The translations under genes were made by a program, and so were the position numbers. Under the pieces are notes generated by a model, which made no database searches, was not told where the DNA came from, and saw only the letters and a program-made list of their open reading frames with translations. From a virus (lineage: Duplodnaviria > Caudoviricetes): a stretch of DNA of 63,767 nucleotides. The stretch covers positions 1-63,767 of the IMG/VR virus record IMGVR_UViG_3300010354_000086. One strand, 5' to 3'. Shown here piece after piece: positions 29,979 through 39,320 of the stretch. How positions within the stretch are numbered: the stretch's first letter is position 1; every line of letters begins with the position of its first letter.

Positions 29979-30608
29979 ATGGCTATTTCAACACTTTCAA
30001 GATTATCAATTCCACTAGCCAGTGACCAAACGGCCAGCAATCAGGGTCTCCTGATGCCCAAACTAAAGTATCGCTTTCGCGTTACTTTAGAAGGCTTTGG
30101 AGTTAGTGATACAATTGAATTAACAAAACAGGTTGTAGATGTAACTCGTCCAAATGTAAGTTTTGAACCAATTACACTTGATGCTTATAACAGTAAAGTA
30201 TTTTTGGCAGGTAAGCATACATGGCAGACAATTACTCTAAACATTAGAGACGAAGTTACTGGTCAAGTACAGCGACTAGTTGGCGAACAGCTACAGAAGC
30301 AGTTCGACTTCTACGAGCAAGCCAGTGCTGCTGCTGGTAATTCATACAAGTTCTTAACTCGTATTGAAATACTAGATGGCGGTAACGGAACATTTGATCC
30401 AGTGATATTAGAGACATGGGAATGTGCAGGGTGTTTCCTAACTCAAGTTGACTATGGTAACTTAGCATACAATGCTAACGAAGCTGTGCAAATTGCGTTA
30501 ACTATCCAGCCAGACAACTGTATCCAGATTCCACCAGCAACTGGTGTCGGTGCAGATGTTGGACGCTTGGATGGTCTACAAGTTGTCAACTCAACTGGTC
30601 AGAGCTAA
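29979..30608 (+). CDS. gp19: Tail tube protein, gp19-like
   Basis: Follows the sheath gene; RFRV, RPNVSF, AGKHTWQTITL, GCF..VDYG.L.Y motifs. Confidence 0.85.
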   Translation: MAISTLSRLSIPLASDQTASNQGLLMPKLKYRFRVTLEGFGVSDTIELTKQVVDVTRPNVSFEPITLDAYNSKVFLAGKHTWQTITLNIRDEVTGQVQRLVGEQLQKQFDFYEQASAAAGNSYKFLTRIEILDGGNGTFDPVILETWECAGCFLTQVDYGNLAYNANEAVQIALTIQPDNCIQIPPATGVGADVGRLDGLQVVNSTGQS

Positions 30609-30621
30609 TCTACAGCTATAC

Positions 30622-30655
30622 AGTAAAAAAAGGTACCTTAGGTACCTTTTTTACT
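30622..30655. terminator. Bidirectional intrinsic terminator
   Basis: AGTAAAAAAAGGTACC-TTA-GGTACCTTTTTTACT. Confidence 0.85.
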
Positions 30656-30691
30656 TTATATGCCCATATTATTTTTCTATAAATATAATAT

Positions 30692-32341
30692 ATGGCTTCA
30701 CCTAATAAATTTTTAAACAACTTATATCTAGCATCGGGCACTAAGGGAAATCTTGGAGATTTCCAGCATGCCGCGCGATTATATAATGATGCTAATTTTC
30801 GACTAGCACCGAAAACAAAGTTTTTATATTATGTCGTTTTTAATATAAACCCAGCAGCTCTTTCAGAAGATCCAGAATTCAAAGAAAAGCATATTACAGA
30901 GATTAATCTACTGGTAAAAAATGTACAACTTCCTAAATTTACCGTAGATATAACAAAAGAAAAACAGTATAACAGAAATAAAATAATACAGAAGAAAATT
31001 ACTTACGACGATATAAGTTTAGATTTTCATGACGACATGTCGGGTGTAACTACTCGATTATGGAAGATATACTATCAATGGTATTTCTTTGATCATAGAC
31101 ATAACAATAACAAAGATAACAATCCTAACTCAGGAGTTCCACCTCAATACGATCGAAAAGTAAAAAGACTAGCAGCAGATGAGAGAATTTTTCGTTACGG
31201 ATTAGATCCAAAAAAAGGGTTAAATCATCTTGATATTGACGGTCAATTTTTCGACTCGATTCATATCTATCAGCTTTACCAGCAAAAGTATACGCAAATC
31301 ACTTTAGTTAACCCAATGGTAAAATCATGGCAGCACGACCAGATGGATTATAGCCTAAGCGAAGTTACTCGTAGTTCTATGACTTTGTCATATGAAACTG
31401 TGTTTTATAATGTAGGTGATGTTGAAGAAGATAACCCTCGAGGGTTCGCAACTACACATTACGATAAAATTCCAAGTCCGTTAAGTCTTCCTGGAGGGAA
31501 CCCTTTAGGTCCTGCAGGCGGGTCTTCGGGTAATGGCTTCGGAGGACCGAAATCAAAAGGAATTCAAAGTCCTATATCTAACAACATACTTGGAAATACT
31601 AAATCAGGAACTGGACCTATACCTGGATTAGATTTAAAATCAGGAACTTTAGGGGTGAATAATGTTGCATCATTAGGTGGAATGAACAATTATAATTTTC
31701 CAAAAGTTGGTGGTAAAGGTGGTAATTTCGATGTAACTAAGGCGGTTCCGGCTTTGACTAATGTTGCTAAAATGCCACAGATGAATTCCACTCAGATGTA
31801 CAAAACTTATAATAGTAATGACAACTCTTTAGGTCGGTTAGCATCAGCTACTACTTATCGAGCGCAGACAAGAGGACAACCGTTTGGTGGGAATGTTAAT
31901 GTTCTTAATCAACGATGGGGAAATTTACCGGGTAACGAGCAGCAGATATTTAAAAATATAGCGTTAACAGCGTTAAGGAACGCTGATCCATTTGTAAAAA
32001 CTATAGCAACAGCAGCTCTTAATACAATAACAAATACTAGAAAAACAACTAATAGATATGCTAATCCTGTGACTAACAGACCAGTAACTGGTATAGGTGG
32101 GGTTAACTTAACTCCATTTGGTGGTGATGTTGCGGCAGCTAATGGAAGGTATGCACAAACTGGATTTGTGAGAGATGAGGCTACAGGATTGAACAGAAAC
32201 CAAGCAAATCAAATTTTTAATAGAGGGGGAGAAGTTTTAGCAAATCCTAATCAAAATTATGCAAGACCTAGTGCATATTCAAGTTTTGAGAAACTTGATC
32301 TAAACGAAGATGGATTCGCTAATGACTTTGGTGGTGAATGA
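30692..32341 (+). CDS. Tube-fold baseplate/tail-tube initiator-like protein (gp54/gp48-like) with G/N-rich tail
   Basis: LVKNVQLPKF..QYNR..ITYDDISLDFHDD..LVNPMVKSW..MDYS..MTLSYE tube-type motifs; TATAAATA at 30678-30685. Confidence 0.6.
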   Translation: MASPNKFLNNLYLASGTKGNLGDFQHAARLYNDANFRLAPKTKFLYYVVFNINPAALSEDPEFKEKHITEINLLVKNVQLPKFTVDITKEKQYNRNKIIQKKITYDDISLDFHDDMSGVTTRLWKIYYQWYFFDHRHNNNKDNNPNSGVPPQYDRKVKRLAADERIFRYGLDPKKGLNHLDIDGQFFDSIHIYQLYQQKYTQITLVNPMVKSWQHDQMDYSLSEVTRSSMTLSYETVFYNVGDVEEDNPRGFATTHYDKIPSPLSLPGGNPLGPAGGSSGNGFGGPKSKGIQSPISNNILGNTKSGTGPIPGLDLKSGTLGVNNVASLGGMNNYNFPKVGGKGGNFDVTKAVPALTNVAKMPQMNSTQMYKTYNSNDNSLGRLASATTYRAQTRGQPFGGNVNVLNQRWGNLPGNEQQIFKNIALTALRNADPFVKTIATAALNTITNTRKTTNRYANPVTNRPVTGIGGVNLTPFGGDVAAANGRYAQTGFVRDEATGLNRNQANQIFNRGGEVLANPNQNYARPSAYSSFEKLDLNEDGFANDFGGE

Positions 32342-32679
32342 TGGACAGTGCTGAAAGAGTTAGAAATTTTTTCGATAAATTTTATGGGGAACCTGTAAGT
32401 TTTAATGCTTCAGAATTTGACAGTGTCAAGGGATATTTTGAAAAAAGAGGTTTTGACGAAAGTTCTTCACAAAGCATCACAGGTATACTTTTAACTCAAG
32501 CTAAAAAAGAAAATATACCTGCATTTCAACTTATTAATACCCTTAAAGGTATTGACGATGTTCAATTAAGTTTTGTTGTAAATCAAATTCTTAATTATAG
32601 TAGACAAAAAAACACAGTTCTAGGGTATAAGAGAGAACAGCCACCTGAAATGTTCGAAAGCAGAAATATTGTCTACTAA
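32338..32679 (+). CDS. Hypothetical protein
   Basis: 113-aa ORF translationally coupled to both neighbours. Confidence 0.6.
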   Translation: MMDSAERVRNFFDKFYGEPVSFNASEFDSVKGYFEKRGFDESSSQSITGILLTQAKKENIPAFQLINTLKGIDDVQLSFVVNQILNYSRQKNTVLGYKREQPPEMFESRNIVY

Positions 32680-33113
32680 TGCCAAAGTTTGCTCAAGGAA
32701 AATTTAATCTCAAAAACCCTGACAAATATATGGGTCTCAAAACGCCCACTTATAGGTCAAGCTGGGAATGGGCATTTATGCAATTTTGTGACACTCACCC
32801 TGCTGTTCTAAAATGGGCCAGTGAAAGTATAAGGATCCCCTATAAGGATCCATTTACTGGTCGATATACAGTATATGTTCCTGATTTTTTTATTCAATAT
32901 ATGGATAAAGATAGTAAAACATTTGCCGAAGTAGTTGAAATTAAACCTAGCAATCAAACTTTAAAAGAGGCTGTGGGTAAAAATCCATATAATCAAGCTC
33001 ATTATGTAAAAAATATGGCCAAGTGGGAAGCAGCAAATGCGTGGTGTCGACAGCAAGGTATTCGATTTCGAGTTATTAATGAACAAGATATATTCGGTTT
33101 GAAAAAGAAATAA
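32679..33113 (+). CDS. gp4: Head completion nuclease, gp4-like
   Basis: KNPDKY.G..YRSSWE..FM.FCD..W.SE..IPY..YVPDF..EIKP..KWEAA..F.VI.E. Confidence 0.9.
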   Translation: MPKFAQGKFNLKNPDKYMGLKTPTYRSSWEWAFMQFCDTHPAVLKWASESIRIPYKDPFTGRYTVYVPDFFIQYMDKDSKTFAEVVEIKPSNQTLKEAVGKNPYNQAHYVKNMAKWEAANAWCRQQGIRFRVINEQDIFGLKKK

Positions 33114-33135
33114 TTTCAAACTGATTAAATACCTT

Positions 33136-33615
33136 ATGACTAAAAAACTAGAAGAACTACTTAACCTCCCTGAATCTAAAAAATTACAGGATGCCATGCT
33201 TGATGAACAAGAACATCAAGAAGTTGTACATCAAGAAAACCTTTTTAAAGATATCGTCGAATTTGACAAGATAAATGCAGCACTGCCAGTAGTAAAAGGG
33301 CTAGGTGAACAAAGCGATAAAGAACTAGACGAGCTAGCAGCAAAGGCCTTGCAAAGTTATCAAGATCTTATGGATCTTGGTATGAATGTTGAACTACGAT
33401 ATGCTAGTAGAGTAATGGAAGTTGCTAGTACTATGCTTAAGAATGCCATAGATGCAAAAGCACATAAGATTGATAAAAAGATTAAGATGGTACAGCTTCA
33501 ACTACAAAAAGAAAAACAAGATAAGAAATCTGCCCCTGAAACGCCGATTGAAGGTGAAGGTTTTATTGTTACTGATCGCAATAGTCTACTTGAAAAATTA
33601 AAGAATATGAAATAA
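33136..33615 (+). CDS. Putative terminase small subunit
   Basis: Helical 159 aa upstream of terL; EVA..ML..A..K and C-terminal TDRNSLL resemble gp16-type proteins; inference from context. Confidence 0.45.
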   Translation: MTKKLEELLNLPESKKLQDAMLDEQEHQEVVHQENLFKDIVEFDKINAALPVVKGLGEQSDKELDELAAKALQSYQDLMDLGMNVELRYASRVMEVASTMLKNAIDAKAHKIDKKIKMVQLQLQKEKQDKKSAPETPIEGEGFIVTDRNSLLEKLKNMK

Positions 33616-33635
33616 ATACACTATAGGATCTACAT

Positions 33636-34202
33636 ATGAAATCATTCCACGAATATCTTACAGAATCTAAAAAAACCTATAGTTTTAAGGTTAAAGTAGC
33701 AGGAGATTTACCTGAAGGGTTTAAACCATCAGTCGAGTCTGCTATGCAGAAATACGGACTAGTCAAAATGTCAGGTCCAAAAAGAACACCTATAAAAGAA
33801 GTAGTTATGGACTTCCCTCACCTATCTAACGAGTCAGTTAGCGTATTTGAAATTGAAGTAAACTATCCTACTACTCCAGATGTTTTACAAGATTATCTTT
33901 CAAGAAGCTTGAAATTTCCCGGCTCTCATATTGTAGTTAGAACTCCGACATTTGAAGTAGATCAACCAGAAGTTAAAGATGTGTATCAGACAAATTTAAC
34001 TAGTGAATATCCAAAAGGCGACGACGCACAAAAAGAAGTTGGATCTACTAAAGTTGCTAGCTTTCTAAAAGAACTTGAAAAAGATCGTAAAGACCGAGCG
34101 TGCAAAGACCAGCCTTTAGATAAAGATACTAAGCATATGTCTATGGATGAAGCAGAAGAGTCTACTAGTCCTATTGGCTCTACTAAAAGGAAACAAAAAT
34201 GA
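33636..34202 (+). CDS. Hypothetical, probable internal head protein
   Basis: N-terminus MKSFHEYLTE resembles the T4 internal-protein capsid-targeting sequence; ATAAATA at 33612-33618. Confidence 0.55.
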   Translation: MKSFHEYLTESKKTYSFKVKVAGDLPEGFKPSVESAMQKYGLVKMSGPKRTPIKEVVMDFPHLSNESVSVFEIEVNYPTTPDVLQDYLSRSLKFPGSHIVVRTPTFEVDQPEVKDVYQTNLTSEYPKGDDAQKEVGSTKVASFLKELEKDRKDRACKDQPLDKDTKHMSMDEAEESTSPIGSTKRKQK

Positions 34203-34552
34203 ACTTTGTAGATATTCTTAAAAAATTAGAAGAACTAGAAAAATCTTCTGTTAAGGAAGCAGTGCATGTAACAACTGATACTCCGGAAGAGGCAGCAGCT
34301 ATTCGTGAGTTACTTAATGCTGCTGGAATGCAAGAACAAGGTGAAGAAACGCTCGACGACGATTACGCTAATCGCCCAGAAGAAGAAGTCCATCCACTCG
34401 ATGCTATGATGTCTCAAGGTAGCGATCTTAACAAGCCTAAAAAGATGTTCCGTAAAGAATTCCCAGGTGATAACCCTATGGCAGTACCTAGTCAGTTTGA
34501 AAGTGTTAAACATCAATTAACAAAGGCTTACCAAAACTTTAAGACAAGGTAA
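34199..34552 (+). CDS. Hypothetical acidic protein (possible prohead core/internal protein)
   Basis: Glu-rich 117 aa in a late operon; coupled start/stop. Confidence 0.5.
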   Translation: MNFVDILKKLEELEKSSVKEAVHVTTDTPEEAAAIRELLNAAGMQEQGEETLDDDYANRPEEEVHPLDAMMSQGSDLNKPKKMFRKEFPGDNPMAVPSQFESVKHQLTKAYQNFKTR

Positions 34553-34554
34553 TC

Positions 34555-36147
34555 ATGGGATCAAAAAGTCTTGATGGTGTCCTAGTTAAAAAGGCACACA
34601 AACAAGAAACTTATACTGAAAAACAGTTAGCAGATTTAGCTAAATGTCTTGATCCCGAAACTGGGTATTTGTATTTTTGTGAAAATTTCTTTTACATACA
34701 GCATCCTGTAAAAGGTAAGATCAAGATGGACCCTTACGAATACCAAAAGGGACTCCTATCTAGCTATCATAATTACAGATTTAATATTAACATGTTACCA
34801 CGGCAAAGTGGTAAAACAACCTGTGCTGCTGGCTATTTGCTATGGCATGCAATGTTTCATCCAGATCAAACAGTGTTAATTGCTGCTCATAAGTACACAG
34901 GCTCTCAAGAAATCATGCAGCGTATTAGATACGCATATGAATTATGCCCTGACTATATTCGATGCGGTGTTATTAATTATAACAAAGGTAGTATAGAATT
35001 TGACAACGGTAGTCGTATTGTCAGTGCTACAACTACTGGTAACACTGGTCGTGGTATGTCAATATCCTTACTATATTGTGATGAGTTTGCATTTGTGCAA
35101 CCTAATATAGCGGATGAGTTTTGGACATCAATTTCTCCAACATTGGCAACTGGTGGTCGTGCTATTATTACTAGCACACCAAATAGTGACGAGGATACAT
35201 TTGCCATCATATGGAAAGAGGCGAATAAGAAATTCGATGAACACGGTAATGAAACTGATGTCGGTGTTAATGGATTTAAAGCATTTACAGCACATTGGAA
35301 TGAACATCCAGACAGAGACGATCTGTGGGCTAAACAAGAAATGGGTCGCATCGGTGAAGAAAGATTCCGTCGTGAATACGGTTGTGAATTTTTAATCTAT
35401 GACGAAACACTAATTAGTAGTCTTAAGTTAGTCGACATGGTTGGCAGAGAACCTATTTTTAAAATGGGTCAGACAAGGTGGTACAAAAAACCGTCGTCAG
35501 AAAATTTATATGTTGTAACATTAGATCCTTCTATGGGAACTGGAGGAGATAATGCTGCAATACAGGTATTTGAGCTACCTAGCTTTGAGCAGGTTGCTGA
35601 ATGGTACCATAATACTACCCCAGTGCAAGGTCAGATTCGAATACTAAAAGAAATATTACAGTATATTGCTGACTGTATGGGTAATGGTCTTCCTGGCAGT
35701 ATCTATTGGAGTGTAGAGAACAATACTCTCGGAGAAGCTGCATTGATAGTTATTAAAGACATAGGGGAAGAAAATTTTCAAGGTATGCTAGTATCTGAGC
35801 CTATAAGAAAAGGACATATTCGTAAATTTAAAAAAGGTTTCAATACTACTCATAAGAGTAAAATTTCAGCTTGTAGTCGGGCTAAGTTTATGATTGAAAC
35901 TAATAAAATGATCATACATAGCAAGCCATTAATAAGTGAGTTAAAAGCGTTTACGGCGCAAGGAATAACCTATAAAGCAAAGCAAGGCGAAACTGACGAC
36001 CTTGTTAGTGCTCTTTTACTCACTATACGGGTAAGTCAAACTCTAGCTGATTGGGATACTAGAGTCTACGATAGTCTAAGTGATAAGCTCGAAGATGACG
36101 AGGATTTTGAACCTCCAATGCCTATTTATATATCAACCACATTTTAA
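34555..36147 (+). CDS. gp17: Terminase large subunit
   Basis: YQK, PRQSGKT Walker A, LLYCDEFAF Walker B, ITSTPN, F.REY.CEF, LDPSMG.G.D, ENN..G, DDLV. Confidence 0.97.
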   Translation: MGSKSLDGVLVKKAHKQETYTEKQLADLAKCLDPETGYLYFCENFFYIQHPVKGKIKMDPYEYQKGLLSSYHNYRFNINMLPRQSGKTTCAAGYLLWHAMFHPDQTVLIAAHKYTGSQEIMQRIRYAYELCPDYIRCGVINYNKGSIEFDNGSRIVSATTTGNTGRGMSISLLYCDEFAFVQPNIADEFWTSISPTLATGGRAIITSTPNSDEDTFAIIWKEANKKFDEHGNETDVGVNGFKAFTAHWNEHPDRDDLWAKQEMGRIGEERFRREYGCEFLIYDETLISSLKLVDMVGREPIFKMGQTRWYKKPSSENLYVVTLDPSMGTGGDNAAIQVFELPSFEQVAEWYHNTTPVQGQIRILKEILQYIADCMGNGLPGSIYWSVENNTLGEAALIVIKDIGEENFQGMLVSEPIRKGHIRKFKKGFNTTHKSKISACSRAKFMIETNKMIIHSKPLISELKAFTAQGITYKAKQGETDDLVSALLLTIRVSQTLADWDTRVYDSLSDKLEDDEDFEPPMPIYISTTF

Positions 36148-36157
36148 TAAATAATAG

Positions 36158-38209
36158 ATGACTCCTAATCTAGATTATACAGCTAAAGAACTTTTTAACA
36201 AGTTAAGAACTAGATTCTCTAATGTTAAGTTAGGCGATGAAGCTAGTAATGTAACTAAAGTTCCATCTAAGGCAAGATTTTTTGATTTTGCTTACAATGA
36301 CAATGGTGCAGACCTCGGTCGTGTGACAATTAGCTTAGAAGACAGTAACCCAGATGAAGATAGCAGTAAACCTAGTTTAAATGTTATTTACGGATCAGAT
36401 CTTATAGCAGATCTTGATCCAGCTACAAAAAATCAATGGTACAGCTTCTTAAGAAGCCTAAGAGAATTCGCAAGAACCCATTGGTTAATGTTTGACATAC
36501 GAGATATTGAAAAATCACAACTAACTAAACGAGACTATGCATTCCTGTCAGGAAGCAAGGGAGAAAAACAAATGTCTGAAAGTAAACTATATGGTACCAA
36601 CCGAACAAGTTGGCAAGATATAGGTAATGCTAAAATTGTAATTAAACATAGCCGGCCTATTAATATTGATCTACCTCAAGGGCGTAGTCTAAATATTGAA
36701 AGTATCTATATTGAAAACATCGAAGGTGAAAGATTTAAATTTAATGGATCGCTGACTGCTGCTCGTGCAATGGCTCGACATGTTAGTGAAGGTGGTGCTA
36801 CATATGATGAAATCGGTAAACATATTACAGGTCTTAATGAAGAATTAGGAAAGTTAAGGCACTTTAAAAATTATGTTCAACGACATGGTGCATTGAGTGA
36901 AAACTTTTCAGATCTAACAACTCGTGTGTTAACAAGAATAGAAGATATTAAATCTGAATTACATACCTTACAACGAGAAAGTGGATACCTATCGTATAAA
37001 GAACAATTCCAACCACCAACATCTAAAGATGTACCAGAAGATTTAATGAATGATTGGGTCGATAAGTTAACTTTAAGATCATTTAACGAAGAACTTAAAG
37101 ATGTATTTCCGTACTTGTATAATCTAGTTGAAGCCCCTGTAGCTGATATTGAATTTTCTGATATTGTCGGGGAAGACGCTATAGAAAATAATATAGAAGA
37201 TCAGGAAAAAGAACTACCGGAATCTACGGAATTTGAAAATTTAGTTTCTTCTATCAGCCCAGAACACGAAGTTATTGAAGCTGATCCTTACGAAGGAAAC
37301 GAATTTGCACAAATAGTTCGTGAACTACAAGCTAAAGGTGCAACACCACTAACATCATTTACTACTGCTGAAGGTCAAGAATATACCTTAGCTGATGTTA
37401 TGGAACGAGCAGGACTAGCTGTAGAAGATTTTTTTAGTGAACAATCATTTCAAAAAAACAGATTTGATGATTTAGAGAATAAGTTTAAAAACAAATATCA
37501 TGATTTAGAAGATAAACTTGGATTTAAGGATAGAAATAACGCTACTAACGCAGCTTGGCTTGCCGATATTGAAAGACGGCAAAAAGAGAAAGACCAAAAT
37601 TCACAAAGAGACCAAGATAAATTGGATTATGAGTTCCAATTCAAGCAACAGCGAGACCGAGACTGGGCTGATCAGGACAATGCTTTACAAGGACAATACC
37701 TCCAATGGAAGAAAGACTATGATGATCATTCCAATGCTTTACAAGGACAACACCTCCAATGGAGGAAAGAGAAAGATCAACTTGATAACGAGATAAGAGT
37801 TTTACGAGCTAAATTTGATATGGATCAAGATGCTAAAACATTTGATTTGTTGCGTAACCGTATTGACCGTTATAATCGTTTGAGTCAAAATCCTGAATGG
37901 CAATCCGCCATGGTTCAACAGGTTGGTAAAGAAGGTGTAGCGGAAGGTGAAGACCAAGTAGTAAAGAGTAAAGGAAAGGTTCTTCCAAATACCGGAAATC
38001 CTGTAAAAGATGTTAAAGAGTTTGTAGAAAGTTTTTTTGATGCAGAAACTGGAAAGTTTCCTAAAGGAGAAACTGGAGTAATGGTAGCAGTAGATAAAAA
38101 ATTTGGCGAAGGTGCAGTACCGGTAGCTAAAAAAGTTATAGAAATGCTAAAAGTAAAAAGTGAGCAGATGCGTATTCGTGAATTAGCAGGTATGGTAAAA
38201 AAATACTAG
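36158..38209 (+). CDS. Large modular late protein (possible head polyprotein)
   Basis: ATAAATA 4 nt upstream; acidic, Glu-ending segments, internal SD+ATG at 36572, C-terminal RIRELAG. Confidence 0.6.
   Translation: MTPNLDYTAKELFNKLRTRFSNVKLGDEASNVTKVPSKARFFDFAYNDNGADLGRVTISLEDSNPDEDSSKPSLNVIYGSDLIADLDPATKNQWYSFLRSLREFARTHWLMFDIRDIEKSQLTKRDYAFLSGSKGEKQMSESKLYGTNRTSWQDIGNAKIVIKHSRPINIDLPQGRSLNIESIYIENIEGERFKFNGSLTAARAMARHVSEGGATYDEIGKHITGLNEELGKLRHFKNYVQRHGALSENFSDLTTRVLTRIEDIKSELHTLQRESGYLSYKEQFQPPTSKDVPEDLMNDWVDKLTLRSFNEELKDVFPYLYNLVEAPVADIEFSDIVGEDAIENNIEDQEKELPESTEFENLVSSISPEHEVIEADPYEGNEFAQIVRELQAKGATPLTSFTTAEGQEYTLADVMERAGLAVEDFFSEQSFQKNRFDDLENKFKNKYHDLEDKLGFKDRNNATNAAWLADIERRQKEKDQNSQRDQDKLDYEFQFKQQRDRDWADQDNALQGQYLQWKKDYDDHSNALQGQHLQWRKEKDQLDNEIRVLRAKFDMDQDAKTFDLLRNRIDRYNRLSQNPEWQSAMVQQVGKEGVAEGEDQVVKSKGKVLPNTGNPVKDVKEFVESFFDAETGKFPKGETGVMVAVDKKFGEGAVPVAKKVIEMLKVKSEQMRIRELAGMVKKY
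37678..37770 (+). repeat. 39-nt direct repeat (54-nt period) in coding sequence
   Basis: CAATGCTTTACAAGGACAA(T/C)ACCTCCAATGGA(A/G)GAAAGA at 37678-37716 and 37732-37770. Confidence 0.9.
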
Positions 38210-38217
38210 ATTACCTC

Positions 38218-38246
38218 TTGCAATATAAATACAATCAGCATATACT
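38218..38246 (+). promoter_or_regulatory. Sigma70 promoter with nested late promoter
   Basis: TTGCAA-N17-TATACT with TATAAATA at 38224-38231 inside the spacer. Confidence 0.65.
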
Positions 38247-38268
38247 AGAGTATGTGCTGATTTTTTTT
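38233..38268 (+). terminator. Intrinsic terminator overlapping the ssb promoter
   Basis: AATCAGCATATACT-AG-AGTATGTGCTGATT running into a T8 tract. Confidence 0.75.
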
Positions 38269-38313
38269 AGGCACAGCACCATATAAGGCATATACATTTA
38301 AAGGAGGCATATT

Positions 38314-39270
38314 ATGGCAACATTGGCAGAAATTAGAGCAAAATTAATGGCACAAGAAAACCGTTCAAATGGAAACACTTCGAGCGGAGACAACGGAATT
38401 TATCCTTTTTGGAATCTAGAGCAAGGTAAAGAAAGCACTGTACGATTCCTTCCAGATGCAAATACTAATAATACCTTTTTCTGGGTCGAACGAGCAATGA
38501 TTAAATTGCCGTTTTCTGGAATTAAAGATGAAACAGATAGTAGACCAGTTCAAGTGCAAGTTCCTTGTATGGAGATGTATAACGAAACTTGTCCTATTCT
38601 TAGCGAAGTTCGAGCATGGTTTAAAGACAAAAGCCTCGAAGATCTTGGTCGAAAATACTGGAAGAAGCGTTCGTATGTATTTCAAGGATTTGTAGTTGAG
38701 GATGGTCTTAAAGAAGATAATCATCCAGAAAATCCTATTCGTAGATTCATTATCGGACCTCAAATTTTTCAACTTATTCGTTCAGCATTAATGGATCCAG
38801 AAATGGAAGATCTGCCTACTGATACTGTTAATGGAGTTGACTTTAAACTAATCAAATCAAGCAAAGGTGGCTATGCTGACTATAGCACTAGTAAATGGAG
38901 TCGTCGCAGCCGTCCATTGTCTGATAAAGAAACAGAAGCTGTTAAGCAGTTTGGATTGTTTAATTTAAGTGATTATCTTCCTAAAAAGCCAGGTGAAGTC
39001 GAGCTTCGTGTTATTTCGGAGATGTTCAGAGCTAGTGTAGACGGTGAACCCTTTGATAAAGATGCATGGGGTCAGTATTTCCGACCAGCAGGCATGGGCG
39101 GAACTGGAGATCCTAACTCAGCAGGTGATGATGACGCTCCTGCTCCTGTTCGATCTGCTCCGGTAAGACAAGAAGCTCCAAGAGTCGAGACACCTCCGGC
39201 TTCAAAAAGCGGCGAATCTAAAGCTGATGATATTTTAGCAATGATTCGTTCCCGTCAAAATAAACAATAA
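38314..39270 (+). CDS. gp32: Single-stranded DNA-binding protein, gp32-like
   Basis: VRFLPD, CP, YWKKRSY, GPQIF, DF...K..KGGYADYSTSKW; SD AAGGAGG; precedes uvsX. Confidence 0.88.
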   Translation: MATLAEIRAKLMAQENRSNGNTSSGDNGIYPFWNLEQGKESTVRFLPDANTNNTFFWVERAMIKLPFSGIKDETDSRPVQVQVPCMEMYNETCPILSEVRAWFKDKSLEDLGRKYWKKRSYVFQGFVVEDGLKEDNHPENPIRRFIIGPQIFQLIRSALMDPEMEDLPTDTVNGVDFKLIKSSKGGYADYSTSKWSRRSRPLSDKETEAVKQFGLFNLSDYLPKKPGEVELRVISEMFRASVDGEPFDKDAWGQYFRPAGMGGTGDPNSAGDDDAPAPVRSAPVRQEAPRVETPPASKSGESKADDILAMIRSRQNKQ

Positions 39271-39275
39271 AAATA

Positions 39276-39303
39276 ATGGCTTGAGGCAAGAACCTCAAGC
39301 CAT
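39276..39303 (+). terminator. Stem-loop between ssb and uvsX (weak terminator or stabiliser)
   Basis: ATGGCTTGAGG-CAAGAA-CCTCAAGCCAT perfect 11-bp stem with only a short U-tract. Confidence 0.65.
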
Positions 39304-39320
39304 CTTTACGGAGAATACTA

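Noticed and set aside
35114-35395. 93-aa alternate-frame ORF with a short hydrophobic run inside terL
   Set aside because: The hydrophobic run is short, there is no clear SD and the codon anomaly is weak; much less convincing than the uvsW case.
37518-37796. 92-aa alternate-frame ORF in the 683-aa gene
   Set aside because: TTG start without SD; explained by the local duplication and biased composition.
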